Assembly: GCA_020161335.1 (NCBI GenBank)
Contig: JAIUOJ010000001.1
Span: forward strand, 38,809 to 102,808
DNA: 64,000 nt
Reading direction: 5' to 3'
Source: Pseudomonadota bacterium
Lineage (GTDB): Bacteria; Pseudomonadota; Gammaproteobacteria; Xanthomonadales; Xanthomonadaceae
Shown: in pieces, positions 39,225 through 49,882 of the stretch
Layout: every line of letters starts with the position of its first letter
How positions within the stretch are numbered: the first letter of the stretch is position 1
The notes under the pieces: generated by a model
Databases searched by the model: none
The model's input: the letters and a program-made list of their open reading frames with translations, nothing else
Told to the model about the DNA's origin: nothing
Program-made: the position numbers and the translations under genes

Positions 39225-42200
39225 TTGGAGAAGCCGGTTCAGCGTCCGCGCGGCGCGTTCACCGCAGTGGCGCTCGTCCTGCTCCTGCTGGGCGCGGTGC
39301 CCGCGTCCCGGGCCGCCAGCGTGGGCAACCTGCGCGACATCGTCGCGGCGCCGGCGTCCTCGGGCATGCCTGGCTGGGACCTGCGCACCGACGCCGGCGT
39401 CCGCCTGCGCGTGGACCTGCTGCGTGCCGACACGTTGCGCGTGCAGGCCGGGCGCGACGGCAAGCTGGCGCCATCGGGCGACGGCGCCGCGCCGATCGTG
39501 CTGCCGCAGCCGGCCGACGCGGTGGAGTTCAGCGTCGAGGAGGACGCGCAGGAAGTACGCATCCGCACCGACGCCCTGCTCCTGCGCATCGAACGCCAGC
39601 CGCTGCGCCTGTCGCTGGCCCGCCTCGACGTGGGTGCGGTGATCCCGCTGTGGCGCGAGCTGCAGCCGCTCGACCTCGACCCGGCGCACGGCGTGCAGGT
39701 GCTGTCCAGCGAAGCGGGCGAGCACTTCTACGGCGGCGGCCAGCAGAACGGCCGCTTCGCGTTCAAGGGCCGCGAACTGGAGATTTCCTACTCCGGCGGC
39801 TGGGAGGATGGCGACCGCCCCAGCCCGGCCCCGATGCTGCTCAGCTCGCGCGGCTGGGGCATGCTGCGCAACACCTGGAGCGACGGCACCTACGACCTGC
39901 GCCAGCCCGACCAGGCCGTCCTGCTGCATCGCGAGGACCGCTTCGACGCCTATTACTTCGTCGGCGCGGACCTGCACGCGCTGCTCGACCGCTACACCGC
40001 GCTGACCGGGCGCCCCGTCCTGCTGCCGCGCTGGGCGCTGTCGTTCGGCGATGCCGACTGCTACAACGACGGCGACAACGCCAGGAAGCCGGGCACCGTG
40101 CCCGACGGCTGGCGCGACGGCCCCACCGGCACCACGCCGGACGTCATCGACAGCGTCGCGCGCGCATACCGCGAACACGCCATGCCCGGCGGCTGGATCC
40201 TGCCCAACGACGGCTACGGCTGCGGCTACACCGACCTGCCGAACGTGGTGAAGGGGCTGGCGAAGTACGGCTTCCGCACCGGGCTGTGGACCGAGGACGG
40301 CGTGGACAAGATCGCCTGGGAGGTCGGCACCGCCGGCACCCGCGTGCAGAAGCTCGACGTGGCCTGGACCGGCAAGGGCTACCAGTTCGCGATGGACGCG
40401 AACAAGGCCGCGTTCGACGGCATCTTCGACAACGCCGACGCGCGCCCGTTCCTGTGGACCGTGATGGGCTGGGCCGGCATCCAGCGCTATGCGGTGGCGT
40501 GGACCGGCGACCAGAGCGCCAGCTGGGACTACATCCGCTGGCACATCCCGACGCTGATCGGCTCGGGCCTGTCGGGCATGGCCTACGCCACCGGCGACGT
40601 CGACGCGATCTTCGGCGGCAGCGCCGAGACCTACACCCGCGACCTGCAGTGGAAGTCCTTCACCCCGGTGATGATCGGCATGTCCGGCTGGTCGGCCAAC
40701 GAGCGCAAGCATCCCTGGGCGTTCGACGAGCCCTACCGCAGCATCAACCGCGACTACCTGGCGCTGAAGATGCGGCTGACGCCGTACATGTACGGCCTGG
40801 TGCGCGAGGCCGCGCGCAGCGGCACGCCGATCGTGCGCGGCCTGATGTGGGACCACCCGCAGGATCCGCAGGCCTGGACGGAGGCGGCCAAGGACCAGTT
40901 CCTGCTCGGCCGCGACCTGCTGGTGGCGCCCGTGTTCCAGAGCCAGGCCGCGAGCCGCGGCTGGCGGCGCGGCATCCACCTGCCCGCGGGCCGCTGGATC
41001 GACTACTGGGACGGCCGGCAGCTGCAGGCCGGTGCGGAAGGACGGCGCATCGACCGCGCGGTGGACCTGTCGACGCTGCCGCTGTTCGTGCGCGCCGGCG
41101 CGATCCTGCCGATGTACCCGGCCATGCTCTACGACGGCGAGAAGCCGGTCGACGAAGTGACCCTCGACCTGTATCCGCAGGGCGAATCGCAGTACACGCT
41201 GTACGAGGACGATGGCGACACCCGGCGCTACGCCAGGGGCGAGTACAGCGAGCAACTGGTCCGCGTCCTGGCGCCGGAGAGCGGCAGCGGCGAGGTGCGC
41301 GTCGACATCGGCCCCGTCCGTGGCGAGTACGCCGGCCAGCGCGCGCAACGCCGCTACGCCCTGCGCGTGCTCGGCCGCGCGCCGCCGGTGGCGGTGACAC
41401 GCGACGGCCGCGCCTTGCCGGCGCTGGCCGACCGCGCCGCATTCGAGGCGGCCGCGGAAGGCTGGTACTTCGATCCGGCCGAGCGTCACGGCACGCTGCA
41501 CGTGCGCGGCGCAGCCGTCGACATCCGCCAGGCAACCGCGTTCCGCCTCGAGTTCCCGGTGGCCGCGCCGCCGGCCGACGACGTGTTCCCGTCCGCGCCC
41601 GAGCAGGGCCGCGCGCTGCCCGCCGACAGCCTGCTCGTGGTCAACCGTCCCGCCGAAGAGCCCGGCCACCCGCTGGAGAACGCATTCGACGACGACCCCG
41701 CCACCTGGTTCCGCACGGCGCGCAACCAGGCCGTGCGCACCGGCGCGCACGAGTGGACGATCGGCTTCGGCGAACGCCGCCTGATCGACGGCATCGAGCT
41801 GGCGCCGCGCAACGACCCGCACTGGCAGCACGGCCAGGTCCGCGACTACGAGATCTACATGGCCGACAGCAACGGCGAATGGGGCGAGCCGCTCGTGCGC
41901 GGCCAGCTGACGCTGGCGCAGGGCCCGCAGACGATCGCCTTCGCGCCGCATGCCGGTCGCCTGCTGCGCTTCCGCGTGCTCAGCGTGCAGAACCCGGATG
42001 GCGATGGCGGCAGCAGCCTCGACCCGATGGTCGTTGCCGCGCAGGACAACGCGCCGCGCGTGGTCGACACGCAGCAGCCGCGCGACGTGGGCCCGATCGC
42101 GCTGGCGACCTTCCGCGTGCTGGAGCACGTCACGCCGGACCGCCCGCAACGGCAGCGCTACCTGTCCGAACTCGAACTGCCGGCCGCGCTGCAGGCAAAC

Positions 42201-42596
42201 GTCGCGCGCGACGCGGCCCACGGCGGTGGCGACGGCATGCGCATGAACGGCCTGCACTTCCGCCGCGGGCTGGGCGTCGGCGCGGACAGCCGCATCGACC
42301 TGGCGCTGGCCGGCGACTGGCGCCTGCTGCGCGCGGACCTCGGCATCGACGACCGCTGCCGCGACGCCGGCGGCCTGCAGTTCCAGGTCTGGGGCGATGG
42401 CCGCCTGCTGTACGACAGCGGGCTGGTGCGTGCCCTGGCCGTGGTCAAGCCCGAGCTCGACATCCGCGGCCTGCGCCAGCTCAGCCTGCGCACCCTCGGC
42501 GCGCAGGGGCCGCGACCGGCGCAGGTCTGCGGCAACTGGGCCAACGCCGTGCTGGTGGGACACGACGGCGACAGCGCCGCGATCACCGCGCCATGA
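39225..42596 (+). CDS. Secreted GH31 glycoside hydrolase (probable alpha-N-acetylgalactosaminidase) with C-terminal F5/8 type C (CBM32-like) and NPCBM/NEW2 (CBM51-like) domains, ~1123 aa
   Basis: Probable TTG start after GGAGG; signal-like segment; FYGGGQQNGRF, GWILPNDGYGCGY, QKLDVAW (nucleophile region), IQRYAVAWTGDQ, DVDAIFGG, QFLLGRDLLVAPV; ENAFDDDPATWF (F5/8); FRRGLGVGADS...LGIDD (NPCBM). Confidence 0.85.
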   Translation: MEKPVQRPRGAFTAVALVLLLLGAVPASRAASVGNLRDIVAAPASSGMPGWDLRTDAGVRLRVDLLRADTLRVQAGRDGKLAPSGDGAAPIVLPQPADAVEFSVEEDAQEVRIRTDALLLRIERQPLRLSLARLDVGAVIPLWRELQPLDLDPAHGVQVLSSEAGEHFYGGGQQNGRFAFKGRELEISYSGGWEDGDRPSPAPMLLSSRGWGMLRNTWSDGTYDLRQPDQAVLLHREDRFDAYYFVGADLHALLDRYTALTGRPVLLPRWALSFGDADCYNDGDNARKPGTVPDGWRDGPTGTTPDVIDSVARAYREHAMPGGWILPNDGYGCGYTDLPNVVKGLAKYGFRTGLWTEDGVDKIAWEVGTAGTRVQKLDVAWTGKGYQFAMDANKAAFDGIFDNADARPFLWTVMGWAGIQRYAVAWTGDQSASWDYIRWHIPTLIGSGLSGMAYATGDVDAIFGGSAETYTRDLQWKSFTPVMIGMSGWSANERKHPWAFDEPYRSINRDYLALKMRLTPYMYGLVREAARSGTPIVRGLMWDHPQDPQAWTEAAKDQFLLGRDLLVAPVFQSQAASRGWRRGIHLPAGRWIDYWDGRQLQAGAEGRRIDRAVDLSTLPLFVRAGAILPMYPAMLYDGEKPVDEVTLDLYPQGESQYTLYEDDGDTRRYARGEYSEQLVRVLAPESGSGEVRVDIGPVRGEYAGQRAQRRYALRVLGRAPPVAVTRDGRALPALADRAAFEAAAEGWYFDPAERHGTLHVRGAAVDIRQATAFRLEFPVAAPPADDVFPSAPEQGRALPADSLLVVNRPAEEPGHPLENAFDDDPATWFRTARNQAVRTGAHEWTIGFGERRLIDGIELAPRNDPHWQHGQVRDYEIYMADSNGEWGEPLVRGQLTLAQGPQTIAFAPHAGRLLRFRVLSVQNPDGDGGSSLDPMVVAAQDNAPRVVDTQQPRDVGPIALATFRVLEHVTPDRPQRQRYLSELELPAALQANVARDAAHGGGDGMRMNGLHFRRGLGVGADSRIDLALAGDWRLLRADLGIDDRCRDAGGLQFQVWGDGRLLYDSGLVRALAVVKPELDIRGLRQLSLRTLGAQGPRPAQVCGNWANAVLVGHDGDSAAITAP

Positions 42597-42735
42597 AGCA
42601 ACGCGCCATGAAGCACCGCCACCCCATCCATCCGACGACCGTGCCCGTGGCCTGCCCGCCACGGATCCCGGCCCGCGCCCGCTGACCCCTTTACCCCCGC
42701 GCCGCAGTCGCGCCGCGAATCCCGAGGAGCTTCCG

Positions 42736-45700
42736 ATGTTGCCCGCCCGCCACCGCCATCGCCGCACCATCTCCGCCACGCCGCTGGCGATCGCCCTTGT
42801 CGTCGCCCTGTCCGCCGCGGCCTCGGCCCACGCGCAGACCGCCGGAACCGCGACCGACGCCGATGCCCCCGCGGCCACGACCGACAAGGACGGCAAGGAC
42901 GGCAAGACCACCGAGCTGGCGCGCGTCCAGGTCACCGGTTCCAACATCCGGCGCACCTACGTGGAGACCGCCTCGCCGCTGCAGATCATCACCAAGCAGG
43001 ACATCGAGAACATGGGCGCCCGGACCCTGCTCCAGGTGCTGGACAACCTGCCGGCCGCGCGTCCGGCGCAGGTCGATTCCAAGTCGCTGTTCACCGGCTC
43101 CGACGGCGCATCGCAGGCCAACCTGCGCGGCCTCGGCGCGCAGGGCACGCTGGTGCTGCTCAACGGCCGCCGCCTGTCGTACTACGGCGCGCCCGCCGGC
43201 TTCCAGACCCAGTTCGTCAACATCGACGCGATTCCCGCCGCCGCGATCGAACGCATGGAAGTGCTGACCGATGGCGCGTCGGCCGTGTACGGCACCGATG
43301 CGGTCGCCGGCGTGATCAACGTCATCACCCGGCGCGAATACCAGGGCGCCGAGGTCAGCGTCACCAGCGACTGGTCGCCGCGCATCCACAGCTACGGCGA
43401 GCACCAGGCCAGCTTCACCGGCGGCTTCGGCGACCTGGACGCGGACCGCTACAACGTGTACGCCTCGGTCAACCTGTACCGCCGCGACGCCATCCCGCTG
43501 GCCGACGTGTACGACAAGATGCCGGCCCAGTTCTACGCCAACAACCCGAACTACATCACCAACTTCCGCTTCGGCACCGGCAGCGCGCCGGGCGTGTTCA
43601 ACCCCGGCAGCTACTTCGCCTTCAACCCCGACACCGGCGGCCTGGTGCGCGAAGCGGCGCCGGGCTGCAACAACGTGCTCGCCGAGGCCGCGGGGACGCG
43701 CTGCATCTGGCAGACGTGGATGAACAACGAGATCGACGGCGGCGCCCAGTCCGAGCGGCTCACGGCCTACGTCAACGGCCACTTCCTGATCGGCGAGACC
43801 ACCGAGGCCTTCGCCGAGGCGACCTACACCGACATCGACCTGCGCGCCGACGGCGGCACGCCGCGCGCCTTCAACACCACCACCGGCAACCCGCAGAGCT
43901 GGTTCTCGCGCAACACCGGCACCACCGTCAACCAGTTCCTCACGCCCTTCCTGGGCCCGAACAACGTCTACAACCACGCCAGCCCCGAACTGCGGGCGCT
44001 GATGGGCGGCGTGGTCGGCCTGAACTACCTGCTGCAGGACGTCGGCCCCGGCTACTTCGGCCAGCGCAACACCGACAAGAGCTATCGCGCGCTGGCCGGC
44101 CTGCGCGGCGCGTTCGGGGACTGGAACTGGGAAGCCGCGTTCGCCACGGCCGGCTCGCACTCGACCACCTACCAGACGGTGAACATCAACCTGCGCGGCT
44201 TCGAGCGGGCGTTCGGCCCCTACACCATCGAGCCGGGCACCGGCCGCGTGATCATCTCCGACAACCCGGCCTACCAGTTCGGCGTGATCAACGAGGCGAA
44301 CGCGGCGCTGCTGCGCGAGGCCTACCCGACGTTCGACATCCAGTCGTGGACGCGCCTGCACACGCTGGACGCCAAGATCGAAGGGCCGCTGTTCAACCTG
44401 CCGGCCGGCGAGGTGCGTTCGGCCTTCGGCTTCAACGCCAGCCGCGAGACCTTCTTCACCCCGGGCAACGAGGATGCCGCCAACGGCCTGATCACCCAGC
44501 AGGGCGGGTCGTGGTTCGACGGCGCGCGCAACACCTACGCGGTGTTCGCCGAGGCGGTGGCGCCGCTTACCGCGAAACTCGAGCTCGATGCCGCGTTGCG
44601 CGTCGACAAGTACCCCAACTTCAGCGCCAATATCGCGCCGAAGATCGGCCTCAAGTACCAGGCGCTGCCGGAGCTGCTGCTGCGCGGCACCTATTCGGAA
44701 GGCTTCCGCGCCCCGAGCCTCGCCGAGTCCGGCACCGGCGGCGTGTTCGCCCAGATCGGCGGCTACCGCGACGAGACGCGCTGCAACGAGACCAACGCGA
44801 TCGCCAACCTGCTGCGCCAGTCCAACCGCCCGGGCGACGTCGACCTCGGCAACTCGCTGCTCAACGCCGACTGCAGCCGCAACGTGGCGCGCATGACCCA
44901 GCCCAACCCGGACCTGCAGCCGGAGAAGGCGAAGATCGCCACGCTCGGCATCGTCTACGAGCCCGCGCAGTGGCTGTCGGTGTCGGCCGACTGGTGGTTC
45001 GTCTACCGCCGCAACGAGATCGTCGCGCCGGACTACAGCCGGGAAGAGGAAATCCTGGCCCTGACCCGGTTCCCGATCACCGAGACCGACCTGGCCAACG
45101 TGGCGGCGGTGGCGGCGATGTGCGCCGACCCGGCCAGCGGCGTGACCTGCCCGGGCACCCTGCCGGGCTACAGCATCGGCAACGTGTCCAGCGTCATCGG
45201 CCAGTACAGGAACCGCGGCCGCACCCTGGTGGACGGCTTCGACCTCGACGTCCGCAGCCGCTTCGACCTGCACGATTGGGGGCGCCTGAACTTCGGCGTG
45301 GCCGCCACCATCGCGCGCCGCAGCATGTACAACTCCGACGATGGCGAAGGCTGGACCTACGGCAACTTCATCGGCTACTACGGCAACCCGCGCCTGCGCG
45401 CCACGTTCAACGCCGACTGGAGCTACGGCGACTGGAACACCAGCTTCTACGTCAACTACGTCGGCAAGACCAAGTGGGCGTGGGACCGCTTCGACGCCGA
45501 GGACAACAACGCCGAGACCTGCACCGGCGGCTACGTGGCGGTTGCGCCCGGCCAGTGCGACGGCGCGCCGTCGTGGTGGACCGCCAACCTCGGCGTGGGC
45601 TGGCGGCCGAACAAGCAGCTGGACGTCGGCTTGACGGTCAAGAACCTGTTCGACCGCCTGCCGTTCTACGATCCCAACGACTGGATGAACTACTCCGGCT

Positions 45701-45753
45701 ACGCCAACAACCTCGGCCGCAGCTACAGCGTCACCGTCGGCTACAAGTTCTGA
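42736..45753 (+). CDS. TonB-dependent receptor, 1005 aa
   Basis: Signal peptide (AAASAHAQ), VQVTGSNIR, NLRGLGAQGTLVLLNGRR, IERMEVLTDGASAVYGTDAVAGVINVI, C-terminal GRSYSVTVGYKF. Confidence 0.95.
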   Translation: MLPARHRHRRTISATPLAIALVVALSAAASAHAQTAGTATDADAPAATTDKDGKDGKTTELARVQVTGSNIRRTYVETASPLQIITKQDIENMGARTLLQVLDNLPAARPAQVDSKSLFTGSDGASQANLRGLGAQGTLVLLNGRRLSYYGAPAGFQTQFVNIDAIPAAAIERMEVLTDGASAVYGTDAVAGVINVITRREYQGAEVSVTSDWSPRIHSYGEHQASFTGGFGDLDADRYNVYASVNLYRRDAIPLADVYDKMPAQFYANNPNYITNFRFGTGSAPGVFNPGSYFAFNPDTGGLVREAAPGCNNVLAEAAGTRCIWQTWMNNEIDGGAQSERLTAYVNGHFLIGETTEAFAEATYTDIDLRADGGTPRAFNTTTGNPQSWFSRNTGTTVNQFLTPFLGPNNVYNHASPELRALMGGVVGLNYLLQDVGPGYFGQRNTDKSYRALAGLRGAFGDWNWEAAFATAGSHSTTYQTVNINLRGFERAFGPYTIEPGTGRVIISDNPAYQFGVINEANAALLREAYPTFDIQSWTRLHTLDAKIEGPLFNLPAGEVRSAFGFNASRETFFTPGNEDAANGLITQQGGSWFDGARNTYAVFAEAVAPLTAKLELDAALRVDKYPNFSANIAPKIGLKYQALPELLLRGTYSEGFRAPSLAESGTGGVFAQIGGYRDETRCNETNAIANLLRQSNRPGDVDLGNSLLNADCSRNVARMTQPNPDLQPEKAKIATLGIVYEPAQWLSVSADWWFVYRRNEIVAPDYSREEEILALTRFPITETDLANVAAVAAMCADPASGVTCPGTLPGYSIGNVSSVIGQYRNRGRTLVDGFDLDVRSRFDLHDWGRLNFGVAATIARRSMYNSDDGEGWTYGNFIGYYGNPRLRATFNADWSYGDWNTSFYVNYVGKTKWAWDRFDAEDNNAETCTGGYVAVAPGQCDGAPSWWTANLGVGWRPNKQLDVGLTVKNLFDRLPFYDPNDWMNYSGYANNLGRSYSVTVGYKF

Positions 45754-45893
45754 CACGACCGTCGCGCCGGGCATCCACCGGCGCGACGCCGCCAGGCACG
45801 GGCTGCGAGTATCGTGCGGGGCCGCGCCCGCACCCGGCGCCGGAACACCCCGCCGCCGCGGCAGCACCCGGACCGCACGAGGACGCGCATCGC

Positions 45894-47186
45894 ATGACAT
45901 CGGCATCGCCTGCCCCCGCACCGGCCCGCTCGCTGGCCGGTTCCATCGCCATCGTCGGCGCGCTGTTCTTCGTCATGGGCTTCTTCACCTGGATCAACGG
46001 CCCGCTGATCGCGTTCGTCCAGCTGGCCTTCGAGCAGGACGAGGTGGGCGCGTTCCTGGTCGTGTTCGTGTTCTACATCTCCTACTTCGTGTTCGCCCTG
46101 CCGGCGTCCTGGGTGCTGGGTCGCGTCGGCCTGAAGCGCGGCCTGGCCCTGAGCCTGCTGGTGATCGCCGCCGGCGCCGCCGTGTTCGGGCAGATGTCGA
46201 CCCAGCGCTGGTACGCCGGCGCGCTGTCGGGGCTGTTCGTGATCGGCGGCGGACTGGCCCTGCTGCAGACCGCGGCCAACCCCTACATCAGCATCCTCGG
46301 GCCGATCGACGCCGCGGCGCGGCGCATCGCGCTGATGGGCATCTGCAACAAGGCCGCGGGCATCCTCGCGCCCGTGCTGCTGGGCACCCTGGTGCTGCAC
46401 GGCATGGGCGACCTGAAGGTGCAGGTCGACGCCGCCGACCCGGCGACGCGTGCGCAGCTGCTCGACGCCTTCGCCGCGCAGATCCACGGCCCGTACCTGG
46501 CGATGGCCGCGGTCCTCGCCGTGGCCGCGGTCGCGATCCTGTTCTCGCCGCTGCCCGACGTGCGCGCGGAGGTGGCCAATGCCGATGCGTCGGCGCGCGC
46601 GGACGGCGCGACCCGGCGCAGCGTGCTGGGCCATCCGCACCTGCTGCTGGGCGTGCTGGCGCTGTTCTTCTACGTGGGCATCGAGGTGCTGGCCGGCGAC
46701 GCCATCGGCACCTACGGCAGCGGCTTCGGGCTGCCGCTGGACCGGACCAAGTTCTTCACCTCGCTCACCCTGGGCGCGATGCTGGTCGGCTACGTGCTCG
46801 GCTGGATGCTGATTCCGCGCGTGCTGTCGCAGCAACGCTGCCTCGCCGTCTCCGCCGTGCTGGGCCTGCTGTTCTCGCTGGCGGCCTGGCTGACCCACGG
46901 CTACGTGTCGGTCGGCTTCATCGCTGCGCTGGGACTCGCCAACGCGATGATGTGGCCGACGATCTTCCCGCTCGCGATCAAGGGCCTGGGCCGCCACACC
47001 GAAGCCGGTTCCGCGCTGCTGATCATGGGCATCGCCGGCGGCGCGATCGTCCCGCAGCTGTTCGCGGTGCTCAAGCAGCACTTCGATTTCCAGGCGGTGT
47101 TCCTCGCACTCGCGCTGCCGTGCTACCTCGTCATCCTGCACTACGCGCTGGCCGGGCACCGCGCGGGACGCCCGCCCGCGCGCTGA
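45894..47186 (+). CDS. Sugar MFS permease (GluP/FucP/AgaP-like), 430 aa
   Basis: [69 protein letters not shown]. Confidence 0.9.
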   Translation: MTSASPAPAPARSLAGSIAIVGALFFVMGFFTWINGPLIAFVQLAFEQDEVGAFLVVFVFYISYFVFALPASWVLGRVGLKRGLALSLLVIAAGAAVFGQMSTQRWYAGALSGLFVIGGGLALLQTAANPYISILGPIDAAARRIALMGICNKAAGILAPVLLGTLVLHGMGDLKVQVDAADPATRAQLLDAFAAQIHGPYLAMAAVLAVAAVAILFSPLPDVRAEVANADASARADGATRRSVLGHPHLLLGVLALFFYVGIEVLAGDAIGTYGSGFGLPLDRTKFFTSLTLGAMLVGYVLGWMLIPRVLSQQRCLAVSAVLGLLFSLAAWLTHGYVSVGFIAALGLANAMMWPTIFPLAIKGLGRHTEAGSALLIMGIAGGAIVPQLFAVLKQHFDFQAVFLALALPCYLVILHYALAGHRAGRPPAR

Positions 47187-47238
47187 ACCCCGGACGCGCG
47201 CGCCGGCCGTGGTGCGCGGCACGTATCATGTCCGGCGC

Positions 47239-48156
47239 ATGAGCGAATCACGACACCCGGCGACGACGCGCGCGCTGCCACCCCGGCGATGGCGCGAGCG
47301 GCTGGCCCTGTACTGGACGCTGGTCCGCGGCGACCGGCCGATCGGCTGGCTGCTGCTGCTGTGGCCGACGTGGTGGGGCCTGTGGCTCGCGGCCGGCGGC
47401 GTGCCGCCGCCGTGGACGCTGTTCGTGTTCACGGCCGGGGTCTGGCTGACGCGCTCGGCCGGCTGCGTGGTCAACGACTACGCCGACCGCTGGCTCGACG
47501 GCGGCGTGGAGCGTACCAGGGACCGACCGCTGGCGACCGGCGCGGTGTCCGGACGCGAGGCGCTGGTGGTGTTCGCGGTGCTGATGCTGGTCGCGTTCGC
47601 GCTGGTGCTCACGCTCAACCGGCTGGCGATCGCGATGAGCGTGGTCGGCGTGTTCCTCGCCGCCAGCTATCCCTACCTCAAGCGTCATACCTACCTGCCG
47701 CAGGTGTACCTGGGCATGGCCTTCGGCTGGGGCATCCCGATGGCCTTCGCCGCGGTGCAGGGCGAAGTGCCGCCGGTGGCGTGGGTGCTGTACGTGGCCA
47801 ACATCTTCTGGGCGACGGCCTACGACACCTGGTACGCGATGGTCGACCGCGACGACGACATCCGCATGGGCGCGAAATCGACGGCGATCCTGTTCGGCGA
47901 CCTCGACCTGGTCGCGCAGGGCGTGCTGTACGCGATGACCTTCGCCGCGCTGGCGCTGGTCGGCCGGCAGGCGGGACTGGGCCCGGCCTACTGGTGCGGG
48001 CTGGGCGTCGCGCTGCTGCTGGTGGCGTGGCAGTTCGTGATCGCGCGCCATCGCGATCGCGACGCCTGCTTCCGCGCGTTCCTGTACAACCACTGGGTGG
48101 GCATGGCGATCTTCGCCGGGATCGCGATCGACCTGGCGATGCGCGCGGCGCGCTGA
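47239..48156 (+). CDS. ubiA: 4-hydroxybenzoate octaprenyltransferase
   Basis: [57 protein letters not shown]. Confidence 0.97.
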   Translation: MSESRHPATTRALPPRRWRERLALYWTLVRGDRPIGWLLLLWPTWWGLWLAAGGVPPPWTLFVFTAGVWLTRSAGCVVNDYADRWLDGGVERTRDRPLATGAVSGREALVVFAVLMLVAFALVLTLNRLAIAMSVVGVFLAASYPYLKRHTYLPQVYLGMAFGWGIPMAFAAVQGEVPPVAWVLYVANIFWATAYDTWYAMVDRDDDIRMGAKSTAILFGDLDLVAQGVLYAMTFAALALVGRQAGLGPAYWCGLGVALLLVAWQFVIARHRDRDACFRAFLYNHWVGMAIFAGIAIDLAMRAAR

Positions 48157-48172
48157 GCGCGCGCCCGCGCGG

Positions 48173-48727
48173 CTACACCGCCAGCGGCCGCTGCAGCTTG
48201 CGCAGGCGCAGCGACACCGCGACCTGCAGCAGGCCGTAGAGGATCGCGCCGATCGCGATCCACACCGCCACCGCCAGCAGGCCCAGGCCCGGGCGCGCGA
48301 GGAACAGCACGCCCAGCGCGATCGCGAGCAGGCCGCTCAGGGCCAGCAGCCATTCGCCGTTGACCACCTTGCGCACCAGGATCGCGAACACCACGCGCGC
48401 GAAGCCGGCCACGATCAGCCACAGCGCCACCAGCCACAGCAGCGCCTCGCCCATCTCCGCGGGGCGCAGGATCGCCAGCGCGCCGAACGCGATCGAGACT
48501 GCGGCATAGAGCAGCAGCAGCCAGTTGGGCAGGGCGATGTCCTTGCGGAACACGCTGAGCAAGCTGACCACGCCGTCGGCCAGCGCCATCACTCCGAACG
48601 CAAGCACCAGCGCCAGCAACGACGTGCTCGGCCAGAGCAGGGTGGCGATGCCGAAGGCGATCGCGACCAGCCCGTACAGCAGGAAGACCCACCAGCTGCG
48701 ACCGACGTCGACGAAGGGACGGTTCAT
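48173..48727 (-). CDS. HdeD/DUF308 family membrane protein, 184 aa
   Basis: WWVFLLYGLVAIAFGIATLLWP; two repeated hairpin TM units. Confidence 0.85.
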   Translation of the reverse strand: MNRPFVDVGRSWWVFLLYGLVAIAFGIATLLWPSTSLLALVLAFGVMALADGVVSLLSVFRKDIALPNWLLLLYAAVSIAFGALAILRPAEMGEALLWLVALWLIVAGFARVVFAILVRKVVNGEWLLALSGLLAIALGVLFLARPGLGLLAVAVWIAIGAILYGLLQVAVSLRLRKLQRPLAV

Positions 48728-48873
48728 GGCGCTTTCTCCTTGAAGGGGCATGACAACGCAGGACGTACTGTACTCCCGTCACGTACCGCGCCACGGCGCC
48801 GCGCCGCGCGAAGGATTCGCCAAGCGGATCACGGCCGCGGCCCGCCACCGGCGCGCCGGGGCTGCAGTCGCTG

Positions 48874-49866
48874 GTGGTCACGCCGCCCTATCCGCGCACG
48901 GTGTCGGTGCCGTGCGGGACGCACTGCGCCGGCGCGCTGGCCACCGACCTGCTGCAGAACCTGGACATCGACGTGGTCCCCGGCGCCGTGGTGGCGCTGC
49001 TGCCCGGCGACATCCCGGTGACGCTGCCGACCGCGGTCCTCGACGGCATCGTCTCGACCCTGGACGGCACGCTGCGCAGCGTCGTGGTGCCGGTGCTGCA
49101 GCCGGTGCTGTCCACCCTGCTCGGCGGCCTGGTGAATCCGCTGCTGGAGCTGCTGGGCATGCGCATCGGCGAGATGGTGGTGTCGGTGGAGCGCGTGCTC
49201 CGGCATTGCCCGGTGCAGCTGCGCGTGTTGCTGCAGGTGCTGCCGGCCGGCAACCCGGGCCGGTTCGGGCTGTCGATCGCGCAGGGCGCCAGCGTGCTCG
49301 CCTCGGCGGACGCGCTTGCCGATGGCGGCGCGATCGGCCCGGTGGACGTGCAGCCGGGGGCCGCGTACGACATCGCCAGCCCGGCCGCCGCGGGCACCGA
49401 AGCGGCCGACTACATCGGCAGCTGGCAATGCCTCGACCAGGGGGGCGGCAGCCACGGCAGCGGCAGCGGCACGCCGTTCGCGCTGCAGGTGCCGGCCGAC
49501 GTCGATGCGGCGCTGGACATCACCTGCACGATCACCCAGCGCCAGCGCCAGGCCGACGTGTCGGTGCGCAAGGACAACGGTGTCGATGCGGTGCTCCCCG
49601 GCAGCACCGGCGCCTACACCATCGTGGTGTCCAACGCCGGCCCCGACGCGGTGCAGGGCGCGCGGCTCAGCGACCAGTTGCCACCGGGGGTCACGCTGTC
49701 CGCGCCGTGGACATGCACCGCCACCGCGGGCAGCGCCTGCGGCGAAGCGTCCGGCGGCACGTTCGGCACGCAGGCGCTGATCAGCCTGCTGCTGGACCTG
49801 GGCGTCGACGGCGAGGCGACCATCGTGGTGCCGGTGGCCTACAGCGCCAACCCCGGCGATTTCTAG
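48874..49866 (+). CDS. DUF11 (B_ant repeat) domain protein with a Leu/Val-rich, TadG-C-terminus-like N-terminal part; start uncertain, possibly 5'-truncated
   Basis: C-terminal ADVSVRKDN....PG....YTIVVSNAGPDAV.GARLSDQLP.GVT...WTC motif; no signal peptide seen. Confidence 0.6.
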   Translation: MVTPPYPRTVSVPCGTHCAGALATDLLQNLDIDVVPGAVVALLPGDIPVTLPTAVLDGIVSTLDGTLRSVVVPVLQPVLSTLLGGLVNPLLELLGMRIGEMVVSVERVLRHCPVQLRVLLQVLPAGNPGRFGLSIAQGASVLASADALADGGAIGPVDVQPGAAYDIASPAAAGTEAADYIGSWQCLDQGGGSHGSGSGTPFALQVPADVDAALDITCTITQRQRQADVSVRKDNGVDAVLPGSTGAYTIVVSNAGPDAVQGARLSDQLPPGVTLSAPWTCTATAGSACGEASGGTFGTQALISLLLDLGVDGEATIVVPVAYSANPGDF

Positions 49867-49882
49867 CGCGGGAACGCGTGCG

